Shown: piece after piece, positions 56,344-64,000 of the stretch
Numbering within the stretch: position 1 is the first letter of the stretch
How the letters are laid out: each line of letters starts with the position of its first letter
Assembly: GCA_029261925.1 (NCBI GenBank)
Contig: JAJDAJ010000054.1
Location: forward strand, 2,670 to 66,669
Origin: Deltaproteobacteria bacterium
GTDB taxonomy: Bacteria > Myxococcota_A > UBA9160 > SZUA-336
DNA length: 64,000 nt
Reading direction: 5' to 3'
The notes under the pieces: model-generated
What the model was told of the DNA's origin: nothing
The model's database searches: none
What the model saw: only the letters and a program-made list of their open reading frames with translations
Position numbers and translations under genes: made by a program

Positions 56344-57630
56344 TCACCACAGGAAGGTCAGCCCGATCGTGACGACGTCGTAGTCCACCAGACCCGGGGA
56401 CTCGCGCGCATCGTCGTCGAAGCTGAGATCCTCGCTCGAGAAGTAGTTGTCCCAGGCGGCCGTCAACATGAAGTCGTGCTTGCCGGTCCAGGGCGTGCGG
56501 AAGCGGTACTGCGCCTTGACGCCGAAGAGCATCGAGCCGTAGGCCGAGAGCCGGTAGTCGCTCGAGCGCTCCTTGCTCACGCTCTCGCCGAGATCGAAGT
56601 ACGGCCGGTAGAAGTCCGCCTCGCTCTGCGAGTAGTACCGGAACGACGGGATGATCGCGAGGCGCCGCCCGAGCTGCTGGTGCCAGGCCAGCGCAACGGT
56701 GTGCGAGGTCACGCCCCAGGTATCGAGGTGCAGGCGATACTCGCCCTGCAGCGTACCGTCCAGCTCGCGCACGTGGCCGCGCACGCTCGTGGTCCAGGCG
56801 AGCTGGTGGCGCGAGTCGGGCCGGTTCTCGGCGACGATCACGCCCCCGTCCTGGTGCCAGACCGCCTTGTAGGGATCGGAGAGGTAGCCGTCGGAGAACT
56901 TGTACGTGACGTTGGACTGGATCAGCGAGGCCCGGTTGAGCAGCTGCGAGAGACCCAGCATCAGCGTGTAGGTCTTCTTCTCCTCGCTGGTCGGCCGCGT
57001 CGAGAAGAGCTCGGCATCGGTCGGCTCGATCTCGTCGAGCGAGACGTCCAGCCCGAGCGAGAGGGTCGTGTTGCCCTCGTTGAAGCTGGTGTCCCCGTTG
57101 ATCCCGAGGTTGATCGCGCTGTAGTCGTTCTCGCTCGAGTAGCCGGCCGCGAAGCCCAGTCGTCCGGTGTCCGAGTATCGGTTGTACTGCACGAGGACGT
57201 CGTCGCGGGTGTCCTCGATGGTCGCACCCGTCATGAACTGCAGGGGCTCGGAGCCCGGCCCGGGGATGTCCGGGATGGTGTACCAGGGGCTCGCACCCGA
57301 CATGGTCTCGTGCACGAGCTCGATCGAGAGATCCGAGCTCGACGTGAGCGGCGCCCGCACCGTGAACTGGTGCATCTCGATCTCGTAGCGCTCGGTCTCG
57401 CCCACGAAGACCTTCGAGCTGTCGATCTCGTCCTCGGTGTAGCTGCTGAAGCTGTACTCCGCGGTGTAGCGATCGACCGGAGTGTCGGCCCGGGCCGCCT
57501 GCGGCAGCGATGAGAGCGCGAACGCACTGCCCCAGAGCGCGTGCAGCGTCTGGCTCAGCGGGCCGTTACGCCGCCGGTCGAGTCTCTGGTCACGCCGCCG
57601 CTGGTGGCGATTCCTTGCTGGTCTGGCCAT
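56344..57630 (-). CDS. DUF3570-like outer-membrane beta-barrel protein
   Basis: ETMSGAS, SSENDYS, GYLSDPYK, RPDSR, RYYSQSEADFY, SDYRLS; C-terminal aromatic TFLW; located between DUF4266 and apbE. Confidence 0.8.
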   Translation of the reverse strand: MARPARNRHQRRRDQRLDRRRNGPLSQTLHALWGSAFALSSLPQAARADTPVDRYTAEYSFSSYTEDEIDSSKVFVGETERYEIEMHQFTVRAPLTSSSDLSIELVHETMSGASPWYTIPDIPGPGSEPLQFMTGATIEDTRDDVLVQYNRYSDTGRLGFAAGYSSENDYSAINLGINGDTSFNEGNTTLSLGLDVSLDEIEPTDAELFSTRPTSEEKKTYTLMLGLSQLLNRASLIQSNVTYKFSDGYLSDPYKAVWHQDGGVIVAENRPDSRHQLAWTTSVRGHVRELDGTLQGEYRLHLDTWGVTSHTVALAWHQQLGRRLAIIPSFRYYSQSEADFYRPYFDLGESVSKERSSDYRLSAYGSMLFGVKAQYRFRTPWTGKHDFMLTAAWDNYFSSEDLSFDDDARESPGLVDYDVVTIGLTFLW

Positions 57631-57675
57631 CGTCTACCCCCCGGAGAATCAAGGCCTGGTCGAGCTGGATCGGGA

Positions 57676-58005
57676 TCAGTTGCAGCCGCAGCCGCCGCCG
57701 CCGGCGCCTCCACCGCCCAGCGACGACTCCTTGCTGAAGAAGATGTGGTTGCGGCGCGCCGTCTCGATCGGATCCGGCGTCCACTGCATCTCGGTCTTGG
57801 AGAGCAGATCACGCTCCCACGGCTGTACGCGCACGAGCTCCTCGCGCTCGAGGAGCCTGGCGATCAGGCTCCGCGACTGATCCACCTTCTCGCTCGTGAA
57901 CTCTTTCGTGCGCTCGTAGTACTTCGGCGGGCCGGTCAGGGAGCAGCCGCTGGTAACCAGTATGGCGAGCGTCGCGAGGGCCAGGGATGTGCTTCTTCGG
58001 ATCAT
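57676..58005 (-). CDS. DUF4266-like lipoprotein with C-terminal GGGGCGCN
   Basis: Lipobox TSGC; VQPWER, H..FSKE.S.GG..GGGGCGCN. Confidence 0.85.
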   Translation of the reverse strand: MIRRSTSLALATLAILVTSGCSLTGPPKYYERTKEFTSEKVDQSRSLIARLLEREELVRVQPWERDLLSKTEMQWTPDPIETARRNHIFFSKESSLGGGGAGGGGCGCN

Positions 58006-58103
58006 CGCTGTGTCTCCACGAGGAACGGATCGACCGCTCGGGCCACCGCCCCGTGATGCATCTCACCTGCGCACGGGAGCGCGTGGATCGAGTTCTCGGG
58101 CTC

Positions 58104-58256
58104 CTATCGGTCCCGCGCTGCCGGGGATGTAGACCCGCAAGGCGCCTGCAGCTTCCCGGTCCGGGCCCGCGCGCCCGAACGCGGATCGCCGATCGCGAGG
58201 CTTCTGGCGACAGTGGTGATCACTGTCACAAGGTCGGCCCCCGGCAGCGCCGAAGA
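58104..58256. promoter_or_regulatory. Divergent promoter region with inverted repeats
   Basis: 12-bp IR GCGCTGCCGGGG (58115-58126) / CCCCGGCAGCGC (58239-58250); palindrome GACAGTG-N5-CACTGTC (58209-58227); sigma28-like elements on both strands. Confidence 0.5.
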
Positions 58257-58312
58257 GATCTGCGAGTCAGCAGCAGAGGGGAGCGCTGCTCGGGAAGACT
58301 GACCAGAGGAGC

Positions 58313-59497
58313 GTGATGAACACCCCAGGCCAGATGCGGCGCCACACCTGCTGGTGCCTCGTTGCCACCGCCGTCCTCGCGTTCTCGATCCCGGCGGCGG
58401 CCGGGCCCCGGGAGCAGGCGAGGCGCATGCACGACCGCCTCGCGGGCGTACCCCCCACTCCGGCCGTCCTCGACGCCATGGAGGCGTTGATCAACGCCGG
58501 CGACGAGATCGGCGCCGCCAACCAGGCGATGTCCCATCCCCTGTTCTACAGCTCCGTGCTGAAGAACTGGGTCGCGCCGTGGACCAACGTCGAGCAGACG
58601 GTCTTCGTGCCGCTGAACGACTACACCGCCACGGTCATCGGGATCATCCGGGACGACCGGCCCTTCACCGAGGTGCTCACCGCGGACCTGGTCTACGTGG
58701 GCTCCGGGAGCGTCACGAGCACGCCCTACTCCCACACCGACAACGCGCACTACCAGCAGCTCGAGGACCAGCGGGTCGATCTCTCGAACCCGGCCAACCT
58801 GATCCCGGTCACCCAGTCCGGCCTTCCCGGCTCGATGCTGAGCCCCGCGGACACCGCGGGCGTGATCACGACCCGCGCCGCCGGCGAGGCCTACTTCTCG
58901 GCCGGCACCAATCGCCGCATGTGGCGCTACACGGCCATGAACTACCTGTGCCGCGACATGGAGCAGCTCAACGACATCACGCGGCCCTCGGACTGGATCC
59001 GCCAGGACGTCACCCGCAGCCCGGGTGGCGACAGCCGCATCTTCCACAACACCTGCGTGGGCTGCCACAGCGGCATGGACCCGCTCTCCGGCGCCTTCGC
59101 GTACTTCGAGTGGGATGCCGACCAGATGCGCGTCATCTACACGCCCGGCCAGGTCCAGGCCAAGCACCTGATCAACTCGACCTCGTTCCCGTTCGGCTAC
59201 GTCACCACGGACGACAGCTGGGAGAATTACTGGCGCAGTGGACCGAACGCCCTGCTCGGCTGGCGCGCCGCGGCCTCGAGCGGCAACGGGCCCAAGGGCC
59301 TCGGCGAGGAGGTGGCCATGAGCCGCGCATTCTCCGAGTGCCAGGTCCTCAAGGCGTTCGAGCAGATCTGCCAGCGGCCTCCGCTCGACCCGACGGAGCG
59401 CGCCGAGATCCAGCGCATCGCCGACGTGTTCGAGGCCCAGAACTACAGCATGCAGCGCGTCTTCGCAGAGGTCGCGGTGTACTGCACGGCGGACTGA
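58313..59497 (+). CDS. Exported protein with single CxxCH heme-binding motif
   Basis: Signal peptide ending AAA; CVGCH; GAGGAG RBS. Confidence 0.8.
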   Translation: MMNTPGQMRRHTCWCLVATAVLAFSIPAAAGPREQARRMHDRLAGVPPTPAVLDAMEALINAGDEIGAANQAMSHPLFYSSVLKNWVAPWTNVEQTVFVPLNDYTATVIGIIRDDRPFTEVLTADLVYVGSGSVTSTPYSHTDNAHYQQLEDQRVDLSNPANLIPVTQSGLPGSMLSPADTAGVITTRAAGEAYFSAGTNRRMWRYTAMNYLCRDMEQLNDITRPSDWIRQDVTRSPGGDSRIFHNTCVGCHSGMDPLSGAFAYFEWDADQMRVIYTPGQVQAKHLINSTSFPFGYVTTDDSWENYWRSGPNALLGWRAAASSGNGPKGLGEEVAMSRAFSECQVLKAFEQICQRPPLDPTERAEIQRIADVFEAQNYSMQRVFAEVAVYCTAD

Positions 59498-59538
59498 CGG
59501 CGCGCGCCGTCGGACCCCTGACTTCATCGGAGGCATCC

Positions 59539-61710
59539 ATGCGAGCCCCCAGCTTCATCCATCCTTCCCTGCACGCGACCGGCGCCCTGCTGCTCGCCGT
59601 CGCCTTCCTCGCCGCCTGCGGCGGCGGCGGTGGCGGCGGTGGTGGCGGCGACGACGCCAGCGCCCAGGCGACCAGCACCGGCACGTCCGGGGGCAGCAGC
59701 GGCAGCGCCTTCATTCCCACCGGCAACGGCATCGACGGAGAGTCGGCGTTCGCCCAGACCGTCTACCCGCTCACCAGCCAGTACTGCACCGGCTGCCATG
59801 CCGGCGCCGGTCCGGGATTCCCGCACCTGGCGCATCCCGATCAGGGGACCGCGTACCGCGCGGTGATCGACAACCAGAAGGCCAACTTCGCCAACCCGGA
59901 TGCCTCGCGCCTCGTGCTGCGGCTCTCCGTGGACCAGCACTACTGCTGGAGCTCCTGCGCCGCGGACGGCCAGACGATGGCAACGGCGATCACCGACTGG
60001 GCCAACCTGATCGGCTACACCGGCGCGGCCGGCGGCAACGGCAACACGGGCAACGGCGGCGGCCAGGTCGCCGGCGTCGCGGCGAGCTACTCGAACGTGT
60101 TCGCGAACGCCACGGCGGCCGAGAGCCAGCGCGACCAGTCCAACCTGATCGCCCTGTACACCTTCAAGGAGGAGTCGGGCGACTCCACGCTCGACGTGTC
60201 GGGCGTGCCGCCTTCGATGCATCTCGACCTGTCGGGCGGCTACACCTGGCTGCCCGGAGGTGGCCTCGAGATGAGCGGCGGCCGCGCCGTGGCCACGAGC
60301 ACGGACAGCCAGAAGCTGTTCAACCGCATCGCCAGCGGGCGCGGCAGCCAGGAGTACTCCATCGAGGCCTGGGTGATCCCCGCGAACACGGATCAGGAGG
60401 GCCCGGCGCGGATCGTCACCTACTCGGATGACACCCAGAACCGCAACTTCACGCTCGGCCAGGTCCAGTACACCTACGTGTTCCGGAACCGCTCCAGCAA
60501 CCCCGCGGTTTCCCCGAACGGGACCCCCGAGCTCCAGACGTCGGACGACGACGAGGACCTGCAGGCCACCCTGCAGCACGTGGTCGCGACCTACGACCAG
60601 GTCAACGGCCGCCGCATCTACGTGAACGGCATCTACACGGACGACGCCGACGCGGTCGCGCCCGACATGATGCTCAACTGGAACCCGGGCTACCAGTTCG
60701 CCCTGGGCAACGAGGTCAGCGGCAACCGGCGCTGGTTCGGCCAGCTCAAGCTGGTGGCGGTCTATGACCGGGCGCTGCCCGAGTCCCAGATCGCGCAGAA
60801 CTACCTGGCGGGTGCCAGCGACAAGTTCATCCTGCGCTTCGGCCTGGACGACTACCTGACCGCCGGCGACTTCATCGAGTTCGAGGTCAGCGACTTCGAC
60901 GCCTACAGCTACCTGTTCTGCTTCCCGACCGTGCACTCGGCGATGGGCGGCTCCTTCGGCATCGAGGGCCTGCGGGTGGCGGTCAACGGCACCGCACCGG
61001 TCGCGAGCCAGAGCTTCAAGAACGTGGATTCCATGGTGACCCAGCCGGTCGAGCTGCTCTCCGGGCTCTGCTCGGTGGTCCCCAAGGATCTGGGGGTGGC
61101 CCTGGACCAGTTCTCGATCTGGTTCGACCTGATCGCGAGCACGGACCTGCGCGCGCCCGAGGATCCGCCCGAGCCGATCGTGGACAACTCGGTGCTGGAC
61201 CCGCTGCCCCTCACGGGCATCCGCGACTTCGACCAGATCAACAACACCCTGGCGGAGATCACGGGCGTCGATCCGAACACGTCCTCGGTGCTGCTCACCT
61301 TCGACGCGGTGCGGGAGCAGCTGCCGATGAACACGGACGTGCGCTCCTTCGTGACCGCGCAGCAGGTGGGCATCGCGAAGCTCGCACTCGAGTACTGCAA
61401 CGAGCTGGTCGAGTCGCCCACCCTGAGGACGGCCTTCTTCGGGCCCTTCGTGTTCGACCGTGACGCCGTCACGGCGTTCACGGCCCAGGCCGATCGCGAC
61501 CTGATCATCAACGCGCTGATCCCGCACGGGATCGGACAGGGTCTCGCCAATCAGCCGACCGCGGCCGAGATCGCCTCGGTGCTCGAGATGCTGATCGACG
61601 ACCTGATCGCTGGCTGCACACCGGCGACCTGTCCGGCAGAGCGCACGCGGACCGTGGTCAAGGGGGCCTGTGCGGCCGTCCTCGGCAGCGCGGCCGTTCA
61701 CCTCCAGTGA
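59539..61710 (+). CDS. Lipoprotein with CxxCH cytochrome c domain and LamG/concanavalin-like domain
   Basis: Lipobox LAAC, Gly linker, CTGCH; LamG motifs YSIEAWV, HVVATYD, IYVNG, VAVYDRAL. Confidence 0.85.
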   Translation: MRAPSFIHPSLHATGALLLAVAFLAACGGGGGGGGGGDDASAQATSTGTSGGSSGSAFIPTGNGIDGESAFAQTVYPLTSQYCTGCHAGAGPGFPHLAHPDQGTAYRAVIDNQKANFANPDASRLVLRLSVDQHYCWSSCAADGQTMATAITDWANLIGYTGAAGGNGNTGNGGGQVAGVAASYSNVFANATAAESQRDQSNLIALYTFKEESGDSTLDVSGVPPSMHLDLSGGYTWLPGGGLEMSGGRAVATSTDSQKLFNRIASGRGSQEYSIEAWVIPANTDQEGPARIVTYSDDTQNRNFTLGQVQYTYVFRNRSSNPAVSPNGTPELQTSDDDEDLQATLQHVVATYDQVNGRRIYVNGIYTDDADAVAPDMMLNWNPGYQFALGNEVSGNRRWFGQLKLVAVYDRALPESQIAQNYLAGASDKFILRFGLDDYLTAGDFIEFEVSDFDAYSYLFCFPTVHSAMGGSFGIEGLRVAVNGTAPVASQSFKNVDSMVTQPVELLSGLCSVVPKDLGVALDQFSIWFDLIASTDLRAPEDPPEPIVDNSVLDPLPLTGIRDFDQINNTLAEITGVDPNTSSVLLTFDAVREQLPMNTDVRSFVTAQQVGIAKLALEYCNELVESPTLRTAFFGPFVFDRDAVTAFTAQADRDLIINALIPHGIGQGLANQPTAAEIASVLEMLIDDLIAGCTPATCPAERTRTVVKGACAAVLGSAAVHLQ

Positions 61711-61729
61711 GAGCCTGTGGAGCAATGAG

Positions 61730-63217
61730 ATGAGACGCAAGGCGAACCTGAACCCCGACGCACCCCTCCAGCTGGAGGGCCACGGCCGACCCGTGAGCCG
61801 CCGCGACTTCCTGTCGCGGGGACTCATCTCGGGCGCGGCCATGGTCACGGCCCCGAGCCTGCTCAACCTGCTGGTCTCGCCCCGCGCCCTGGCGCAGTTC
61901 GCGGACTGCGGGGTGGGCGGCGGCGGGGGCAAGATCCCCTTCCTGTGCTACGACCTCGCCGGTGGCCTGAACATCGCCGGGTCGAACGCGCTGGTCGGGG
62001 GCCCGGGCGGGCAGCTCGACTTCCTGTCCGTGGGTGGCTACGAGAAGCTGGGATTGCCGGCTGCCATGACCCCGGATCGCGCCGGCCAGGTCAGCGCCGA
62101 GCTCGGGCTGCTGTTCCACTCGGACAGCGCCCTGCTCGCCGGGATCATGTCCAAGACGTCGCAGACCACCCGCGACAGCACCAACGGCACCGTGCTGTGC
62201 ACGCGCTCGGAGAACGACACCCAGAACAACCCGCACAATCCCATGTACGGGATCAACAAGGCGGGCGCGGACGGCAACCTGGTGGCGCTGATCGGAACCT
62301 CGAACTCCGACTCGGGCGGGCGGTCGATCCAGCCGATGTCGATGTTCGATCCGGCTGCGCGACCCACGAAGGTGTCGTCGGGGCGGGACGCGACCGGGCT
62401 GGTCGACACCGGCAAGCTGGTCGAGCTGCTCGACCAGAACGACGCGGCCGCGGTGATGAACTCGATCGAGCAGATCAGCGACATGAAGCTGAACCGCATC
62501 ACCGAGGACGCCTCGCTGGAGGACCTGATCCACTGCGGCTACGTGGAGGCGACGGACCTGGTCTCGACGTTCGGTGACCCGACGCTGCTGGACCCGCTCA
62601 ACGACCCCGACATCAACGGCGGGATCTTCGATGCCGCGGAGCTGGATCAGGGCCGCTTCCAGAAGACGGCGGCCGTCATGAAGCTGGTCGTGGAGGGCTT
62701 CGCCGGCGCGGGCACGATCGAGAACGGTGGCTACGACTACCACGACAGCACGCGCGCCACCGGCGAGATCCGGGACTTCCTGGCCGGCCAGATGATCGGC
62801 GCGGCGCTGGAGTTCGCGGCCCTGCGCTCGCAGCAGCTCATGATCTACGTGTTCTCGGACGGGTCGGTGGCCAGCGACGGCACCATCGACACCTCGCCCG
62901 AGGGCCGGGACAAGGGCGTCTGGCGCGGCGACAACAGCTCGACCTCGGCCGGGATCATCTTCGTGCACGACCCGGCGGGACGGCCCGCGCTCGTGGGACC
63001 GGGCGCCCAGATCGGGTACTTCCGGCCCGACGCCTCGATCGAGACGGCCGCCACGCGGATCAGCAACAACGTGCCGCTGCTCGCCGAGGCCATCGTGCTC
63101 AACTACATGGCCCTGCACAACGACGTCGGTAACTTCTCGACCGTCCTGCCCGGCCACGGCCTGGGCAACACGCCCGCCGACCTCGACGCGCTGATCGCCT
63201 TCGCGCCCATCCGCTGA
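61730..63217 (+). CDS. Tat-exported protein (DUF1501/DUF1552-like)
   Basis: SRRDFL twin-arginine signal, DLAGG, GYDYHD, FSDG. Confidence 0.75.
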   Translation: MRRKANLNPDAPLQLEGHGRPVSRRDFLSRGLISGAAMVTAPSLLNLLVSPRALAQFADCGVGGGGGKIPFLCYDLAGGLNIAGSNALVGGPGGQLDFLSVGGYEKLGLPAAMTPDRAGQVSAELGLLFHSDSALLAGIMSKTSQTTRDSTNGTVLCTRSENDTQNNPHNPMYGINKAGADGNLVALIGTSNSDSGGRSIQPMSMFDPAARPTKVSSGRDATGLVDTGKLVELLDQNDAAAVMNSIEQISDMKLNRITEDASLEDLIHCGYVEATDLVSTFGDPTLLDPLNDPDINGGIFDAAELDQGRFQKTAAVMKLVVEGFAGAGTIENGGYDYHDSTRATGEIRDFLAGQMIGAALEFAALRSQQLMIYVFSDGSVASDGTIDTSPEGRDKGVWRGDNSSTSAGIIFVHDPAGRPALVGPGAQIGYFRPDASIETAATRISNNVPLLAEAIVLNYMALHNDVGNFSTVLPGHGLGNTPADLDALIAFAPIR

Positions 63218-63390
63218 GCGGGGCCCGACCCTCCAGACCCTGATCCCGGGTCGCCGGCCGGCGCGCGAACGTCGGCGGGCGGCCCGGGCGCCGTGCGCGC
63301 GCCGCTGGCCGGCGCGGGGCCCGGGAGCACCGGGGACTGGAGCACTCCGGGTGCAGGCGGCTACTCCTCTGTATGGAGAGGAGGGACCGC

Positions 63391-64000
63391 ATGGCACGCA
63401 GCCGGGACATCCCGCGCAGCTTCCTGCACCACGGCGTGGATGCCGCCGGGGCGCTGGTCGCCATCGACGCGGTCGAGCGCGGCCGCACGGCGCTCGCCTG
63501 TCCGTACTGCGCCACGGGGCTGATCGCGAAGAAGGGTCGGATCCTCGCGCCGCACTTCGCGCACGACGGGCCCACCTGCCGCGAGGCTCACGAGGGCGCC
63601 GCGGCGCGGGTCCCCCTCCACGACGACTTCGCGACCCTGGAGCCGCTCGGTCGTGCCGACCTGCGCCTCTGCGCGCAGCTGCTCCGGCGCGAGATCAACC
63701 ACACCTCACTGCGGGGCTGGCGCCGCTCGTCGCTCCGGCGCCTGGTCGAGGCGGAGCTGATCGAGGAGGTGCCCCGCGGCGAGCGCTGGGTGAACGGGGT
63801 CGGCTCACACCGCCACACCGCCTGGGGAGAGCAGATCGTCGCGGCCACGCGCTACCGTCTGGCCCTCGACGATCTCGTCCGCGTGCAGGAGCGCGCGGCG
63901 CTGCGGAAGCTCGACCGCCTCGAGGACCGCGCCCGCGACGGCGAGGGCGACGAGCGACCGTCAGTGGATCTGCGTCTGTATCGCGCACAGCTCGCGCGAC
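63391..64000 (+). CDS. CoiA-type Zn-finger protein, probable GIY-YIG/T5orf172 nuclease family (truncated at window end)
   Basis: Manual translation: GVDAAGALVAIDAVERGRTALACPYCATGLIAKKGRILAPHFAHDGPTC ... DLRLYRAQL; AGGAGG RBS. Confidence 0.65.
   Translation, partial: MARSRDIPRSFLHHGVDAAGALVAIDAVERGRTALACPYCATGLIAKKGRILAPHFAHDGPTCREAHEGAAARVPLHDDFATLEPLGRADLRLCAQLLRREINHTSLRGWRRSSLRRLVEAELIEEVPRGERWVNGVGSHRHTAWGEQIVAATRYRLALDDLVRVQERAALRKLDRLEDRARDGEGDERPSVDLRLYRAQLAR

Noticed and set aside
59619-59650. GGC/GGT tandem repeat
   Set aside because: Encodes the poly-Gly linker after the lipobox; not a CRISPR array or evident contingency locus.
61730-63217. Calling this protein GspF, a label I recall for homologs
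   Set aside because: It has a Tat signal and no multi-pass TM segments, so it is not a T2SS platform protein.

Overview
Very GC-rich chromosomal window from a diderm bacterium; the gene content suggests a Myxococcota/deltaproteobacterial-type lineage (inference). About 60 CDS. I found no rRNA, tRNA, CRISPR array or intact transposase. Housekeeping blocks: mutS-amiC-glnD-xerD-scpA-scpB-rluB; pheA-hisC-tyrA-rpsA-ihfB-lapA-lapB; trpE-G-D-C-(trpF::trpB fusion)-A; coaE; hemF; tupABC; HAL2-type PAP phosphatase-cysD-cysNC. Two accessory loci stand out. (1) At 1-8138, a translationally coupled operon encodes a sulfotransferase, two paralogous alkaline-phosphatase-superfamily enzymes with opposite predicted topology, a 64-aa RHH protein ending in LxxLGY, and a 3-TM protein resembling the DUF106/EMC3/TMCO1 (Oxa1-superfamily) insertases. 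A sugar epimerase follows it and a Thr-type 'sulfatase' is divergent. (2) At 55428-63217, a signal-less ApbE, DUF3570 (two [ST]GA[ST] motifs) and DUF4266 are divergent from a CxxCH protein, a CxxCH-LamG lipoprotein and a Tat protein, with a mirror-symmetric promoter region between them. Other items: a candidate long-hairpin sRNA behind a strong sigma70 promoter (10687-10929), LacI-type and KstR-type operators, a recurrent sigma28-like promoter motif, an internally deleted SRPBCC gene and a probable CTG-start gene. All family assignments come from motif recognition by eye, not database searches.
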